Below are positions 58,637 to 64,000 of a stretch of DNA of 64,000 nucleotides, piece after piece. Position 1 is the first letter of the stretch. Each line of letters starts with the position of its first letter. The stretch is from Picochlorum sp. SENEW3 (lineage: Eukaryota): the NCBI GenBank assembly GCA_034226945.1, contig CP120460.1, forward strand, positions 620,001 to 684,000, given 5' to 3'. The translations under genes and the position numbers were made by a program. The notes beneath the pieces were generated by a model. It worked only from the letters and a program-made list of their open reading frames with translations, had not been told where the DNA came from and did no database searches.

Positions 58637-59999
58637 TTTTTCAACAATGTATGTAGTATTGAATCAATCAAAATGAAATAATGGAAATATAAATCAAAAT
58701 TATGTCTCCAAAATCATGCATCAGCCGACTTTGGTGTACAACCACATGGGTGGTTGAGAGCATCTGCAGATGCATGTGGACATGCCTGCAAGCACACCCA
58801 CAATTGTGGGTGTATACCCCAACATCGCATCAGAGATGAGAGCGTCAGCGATCCTGTTCCTTCTTCTTCTTTTCTTCTTCTATCGTAGTGGGTAGATCGT
58901 GAGTTCATACGTCTCTCTCGTCGTCGTAGAAGAGTCTCTCTCAAAAACGAGTGGCGCCTCCCATTGCAACACCAGTGCTGTAGTGTGTGCAGATGTGAGT
59001 GAGAGGCTCGCATTTGACCCAGGTAGACTGATGACTTGTCTCAATCTAGCGACGGCTCTCGTTGTCATATAGTGCGCAGCGTTCGCCTTGTAACAGACAG
59101 TATATTTATATGCAACTTGTTATATTTTCTAACAAATTGTCGTGCTCTTGATCCATCGCGAATGAGCACGAGTCACGACGCTGGAACCTCGACTTCGATT
59201 CTTGTTGTTGGCGTTGTTCTTGTTCTGAACAACAGGGTTTCACGCGGCGCATTGGCACCGAAATTTAAATAAGTACTTCATGCCGTTTACAGTCGAAGCA
59301 ATGCCATTTGCTTCTTCAGACGTGATACCGGCGAGCGCTCACGTCGATTCCGAACGGAGCCCCAAGGTATCAGCTGGGCTGTCTTCGTCAAGTTTAAGTA
59401 CTCTTGACATATCTTTGAATTTTGGTGCATCGGAATTTGACACTGGCACGACAAGATTAATAGACGACTGGAATTTTGAGACAATGTGTCGTCAAGACCA
59501 AGACTCTTGTCCTCCAAGGTACTGTATTTATGATGTTGTTTTTTGTTGCGTAGATGTTTCAAACGTGATCTTCACGAAGCTAATATCTTTCGAGACTTTC
59601 GCTGACGTTGATTTCACGCTACGGGTGCCAGACATTCTATGTCGGCTGAGATGGGATTTCCCGAACCGTGCATGACCCGGATCTGTTAATACTGCGTCGG
59701 GGATTGCGTGTTTGTGTTTTTTGTCTTGTGCTAGGTATCCGAAATGCGTGCTGGTCAAAGATGCGGGTATAATTCAATGATGGTCCCAACACAAGGGTGG
59801 TTGGAGCAGATGGGTTGACAGTGGTCACCATCCATCCGCAAGCATGGTCGTGGTCCTCTCGTCTCCATCTTGGACCTCTTTGTATCGTTCGATACATTGG
59901 ATTACTCTGCCGATAGATATGACCACTCGTGATCTTGTATATATGAGTTGTGTGTGATGTACTCGCATTGATACGCCAGCCTGATCATGTGAATGCAGT

Positions 60000-60518
60000 A
60001 TGGGTAGACCGCTGGACTCTGTCTATGAACAGTCCTTGCAGTCTTTTCCATGGGCTGATTTTTCCATATTTTCGGAAAGTGACGCCAAAGGCACGTGTCC
60101 TTTTATGCACGCACTGCCTCATAACCGCAGCACACCTCATGTGTATGCACTTTCTGCAGGATCAGATGCAAGGAATGTAACCAACCACACAGCACATGTG
60201 CCGGTTGATGTTGAAGAATCGAACGCGAAGAAGAAGGAGACGAAAAAGCGTACTCGAGGCCCAAAACCAAAATATATTTATTCATCCAAAGAGCAAGCTG
60301 CAGCTGCTCGCAAGGAGAGGAACCGTCAGGCAGCACTGAACAGTTACTACAAACGTCGACAACGGACTCAGGATCTGGAGAAGGAAGTTGATCATCTGTC
60401 AAAAGAAAACTCCATGCTCCAAAAATTGCTTCAGGATGTGCAGGAGGGTAGAGCGAATCCGCTGGAGGTGTGCAGCATGGAGAAGATTGACATATATTTG
60501 AGAGAGCATGGGCACTAG
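60000..60518 (+). CDS. bZIP transcription factor
   Basis: RKERNRQAALNSYYKRR basic region followed by the heptad L-EKEVDH-L-SKENSM-L. Confidence 0.85.
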   Translation: MGRPLDSVYEQSLQSFPWADFSIFSESDAKGTCPFMHALPHNRSTPHVYALSAGSDARNVTNHTAHVPVDVEESNAKKKETKKRTRGPKPKYIYSSKEQAAAARKERNRQAALNSYYKRRQRTQDLEKEVDHLSKENSMLQKLLQDVQEGRANPLEVCSMEKIDIYLREHGH

Positions 60519-61014
60519 ATACCCCAATTTTAAGTGAGATACACATGTATACTATATACTAATACTTCCTGATGTTATTATTATTTATGTTTCGAAAACA
60601 CCAGCAATGTAATATTCTGCATGCCCTTTTTCTTATGTTGTGGCATATCATTGCAGCCCATGCGAGTTGGCTGATGATGGACAACTGAAACGCCCTCAGT
60701 TTTGTGCCATTATTAAAATTTTGCATACAATTATCCACACGAGTAGGAATAGGGAGGTTCTAGGGCTATTTACTGCCTAACATCGCGGGATTTCTAGGCC
60801 GCGTTGTACGTGACAACTGACGCATTGTTTACGGCATCGGGGGCAGAGTCTAGGGACAAAAATCCGTGGAAATATTTGTATTGTCATCTGATACGGCGTT
60901 TGTGCGTGTCTCAGACTGTGCGTGGGGGTGTGATCGACACAGTTGGTTCAATCGATCACGCTGTACGTGTTCCTAGCGATTGTATTTGGATAGAATTTGA
61001 TTCACTGATTAGAA

Positions 61015-63662
61015 ATGAGTGAGGAAGAGGAGGGATATGATTCTGCGCCAGAGTTGTCAGAGTCCTTGGCAGGTCTTGTGGGAGCCTTTGACAGGTTTAA
61101 ACAAACTATGGGGTATTCTGAGGATTCTGAGGATGCAGCGATGGCACAGATACAAAGTTTTGTCAATGATGTTCAGCAGGAGAATATCACTTTACGGAAG
61201 CATGCCGAAGATGCCATCATGGTATGTGGTTTTTATTTTTTTCTCTGATACATGTGCTGTGTGTATATGAATATTGAGTATATCCCTGTGGCTTTGTGCA
61301 GATGGCTCAACGATATAAGGAAGCAAACGAGGATCTTGAAAAAGAGAATACATCTCTATATGATCAGTTGACACAGGCCAAAATGAGTGATATGGTGTCA
61401 AGTACACAGTCTCTGGCGACAGTGGCATATGAATTTGACAAGGAGGTGGTGATGACAAAGCTAGCTCAGGCAGAAGAGATGATGGCATATGGTGCAGAAA
61501 TGCAGGAGCGAATACACGAATTAGAGGAAGAGAATGATGCATTGAAACAGACCTTGCATGAGATACGGGAGGATCAGAAGCAAATGCATGCTCTCAGAGA
61601 CATGGATTCGCCAGCAGTAGTTGGGGTTGGTGAATCTGATATGCCCATGTATGGCTCTCCAGAATCAGAGAAAGAATCGGTGGCGAGTGAGGGGCGAGGG
61701 GACGTCGATGGTGCTACTCCTGAATCAACTCCAGTGCGAGACCAGAGCAACATGTCTGAGAGTAGTTCATATGCCACCCCATTGAACAGCACGAAAAAGG
61801 ACGATCCTATCGCCATTGCAGATGCCCTGGCCGCAGTAGCAGCAGGTTCGGAGTCTGGAATGGCTGCCTCTGCATCTAAAATGCTCCGCGGGTATCACTC
61901 CATGCAAGCAGAGTTGGAGGAGGTCAAGGCTAAGAATGTCGAGTTGTCAAAAGAAGTTGAGGAGCTGACGGAAACAATGACATCGAAACAATTCAAGGCA
62001 CCGTCTGCTTGGGCAGAAAGGGAAGTGAAATATAAACTGGAAAAGAAGGAATGGGAAGAGGAGGTTGAAGATAAAAATGCCAAGATTAGAGCTCTCGAGT
62101 CGGAGAATGAAATGCTGCGATCTGAGAAAGGCACTGATGATTTGAATAAAAAGATTGTGGAGTTGGAGTCAGAGATTGTGGTCCTGCGAAACAAATATGA
62201 AGATGCGAAAGCATCTCTTCATGACATGCAGGTATCTTCTCTTGTAAGTGCTGGAGAGTTTAGCATGTCTGGAGTAAAGCCTGTCGCCCATGAAGATGAC
62301 GTCCGCTCAATGGTGGATAAGATTGAGAGTGAATCAGAATCCCATGAAGCATCCTCAAGTAGACAAAAAGATACAGTAGATGGACATGCGATGCAGGAAG
62401 AATTGGATAAGGTTCAAAGAGAAAAGGAAGAGATTATCAGTAAAATTAGCCAAGCAGAGGAGGCAGACGCTACCAATGTGCTTCTGGCAGAGGCTCAGAT
62501 TGCCTTGCTTGAGAGTGGCGTTGACATGGAAGACACTGCTAAAATTGTGGAATTGGAAGAGAAATTACATCAGAAAGATATCAATGCCGAGGAAGTTCAG
62601 GAGCAGACACAATCAGTGGTCCCAATGCTACAGAAAGCACTGGCAGCACCATCACCCGGAGTATTGCCATCATTAAAAATTGCCGAGTATGTTGACAGTA
62701 CCAATCCACCAGATCCTGCTACTGATTCTGCTAAACCAGAACTCGAGGAGCATGTCAAGGAAAGAATTGCCGATTTGAAACTGCAAATACATGTCGGCAA
62801 GGACGAACAAGGCAGTCCTGCAATGCCTGCCAGTGCTGCAGCAGGAATGGCTGCAGTAAATCGCGCACAAACTGCCGATATTCAGCAACTCAAGTCCCAG
62901 TTACAAGAAGCTGCGGAACGCGAAGAAGAATTGCAGCGCAGAATAGAACAAATCAAGGTGAGGCCAGTGAATCTCCGTCTCTCCCAAGCAAGCACACTCT
63001 CCTCAAGCAGTCCTCACACGGCCAAACTTGTATCTGAACGGAAAGATGCTGATAAAGCATGGGAAGAGCACCAGAAAAAATCTGATGTCACATCACTTCT
63101 CCGTGAAAAAGCAGAGCTGGAGGCCAAACATGACATGGCAAAGTCTCAAGTGTCAAAGCTGAAGGATGCATTGGAGGCGGCAAACCAAGAGAAACAGGCC
63201 CTTCAGAAAGCAGTCAAGCATGCCTTGGCAACAGGTGACATGGCTACTCTATCAACAGCGCAAGAGAACTATGCAAAGAAGAAAAAGGCTACCTCTCCCT
63301 TGAAAAAGCTCAGAGGCCGTGGGATATTCTCCCGCAAATCAGGAAGCAGACCAAGCTCTGCCCAGGATGAAGCCCCACCCACAGAAGCAGAAAATCTTCG
63401 CCTTAGACCTGTGCCAGCACCCACAGATCTTCCCTCACCGAGCGATTCAATGCTGGACCATGAAGACCCTGCCATCACCAAGCACATACATGCCTTGGAG
63501 GAGGAGAATGAAATGCTCATGGATCAACTCGTGACAACAAAAGTACGCCTCGCAGAAGTCGAAGGCGACTGTCTAGAAAGCAGACGTGCACTCCTCCGTG
63601 CCAAGGAGAAGCAAATGGATCTTGCACGCCAGCTCCATGACAAACGCGTTTCACATTCGTGA
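61015..63662 (+). CDS. Large coiled-coil protein of unknown function; intron 61222-61301
   Basis: Phase-0 GT-AG join (AIM|MAQR); E/K-rich heptad segments. Confidence 0.75.
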
Positions 63663-63681
63663 TTGATTTCATGTTACACAT

Positions 63682-64000
63682 TCAACTACTATGATACGAC
63701 ACCATTGCCCCCACCCACACCACAGTCAAGAACACCATCATAACAATGGTCAGTACAACAGGAAGCACTCTATTATCATATGGCCCATCCATCTTTTGGG
63801 TCAACATATCCCCACGCTTTTTAAAATTATATGCTGCATACACTGCCATGGCAATGGAGATGCCCATCATCAACAACGCCAGAATACGAACCGATATCGC
63901 CCGTTTCAAATACTCTGCCCCCCATTTCTTATGAGCATGCCCAGATACTCCCAGTAACGCCGCTGCTATGGACCCAGTGGTCACAGACATGTTCATCCAA
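63682..64000 (-). CDS. VTC/DUF202-domain membrane protein (vacuolar polyphosphate synthesis), 3' part only
   Basis: WMNMSVT.GSI...three TM segments, GPYDNR.LP.VL; the gene runs off the window edge. Confidence 0.8.
   Translation of the reverse strand, partial: WMNMSVTTGSIAAALLGVSGHAHKKWGAEYLKRAISVRILALLMMGISIAMAVYAAYNFKKRGDMLTQKMDGPYDNRVLPVVLTIVMMVFLTVVWVGAMVSYHSS

Overview
Gene-dense eukaryotic nuclear DNA from a compact-genome green alga. Short GT-AG introns, tiny intergenic spaces, plastid transit peptides and TGTAA-type poly(A) signals point to a Picochlorum-like trebouxiophyte (inference). From about 12.4 kb to 64 kb it is mostly ordinary housekeeping genes: BolA, CBS protein, amino-acid transporter, 3'-5' exonuclease, cystinosin, COG0523 metallochaperone, Vps51, trypsin-like protease, RRM protein, phosphohexomutase, PP2C, glycerol dehydrogenase, CLASP, Mon1, PRDA1-like, nucleostemin, p24, GDPD, RNF10-like, Ysc84, formamidase, thioredoxin-like, TDY MAPK, bZIP and VTC. 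The first ~12.4 kb is an accessory island bracketed by the N-terminal and C-terminal pieces of a broken sulfotransferase. It holds an intact sulfotransferase paralog, an internal fragment of an NRT2 nitrate transporter, an orphan ORF and a 19-bp inverted repeat. The main find is also in this island. Three ORFs listed separately in the track splice in frame (three GT-AG introns, plus a 52-nt exon the track misses) into one ~1,600-aa protein with two phage/giant-virus-type HNH motifs followed by 8 tandem helicase-associated (HA) repeats. The repeats have a near-invariant scaffold and variable residues at fixed positions, so this is a candidate modular, repeat-guided nuclease. All calls are by-eye motif recognition; no searches were run.
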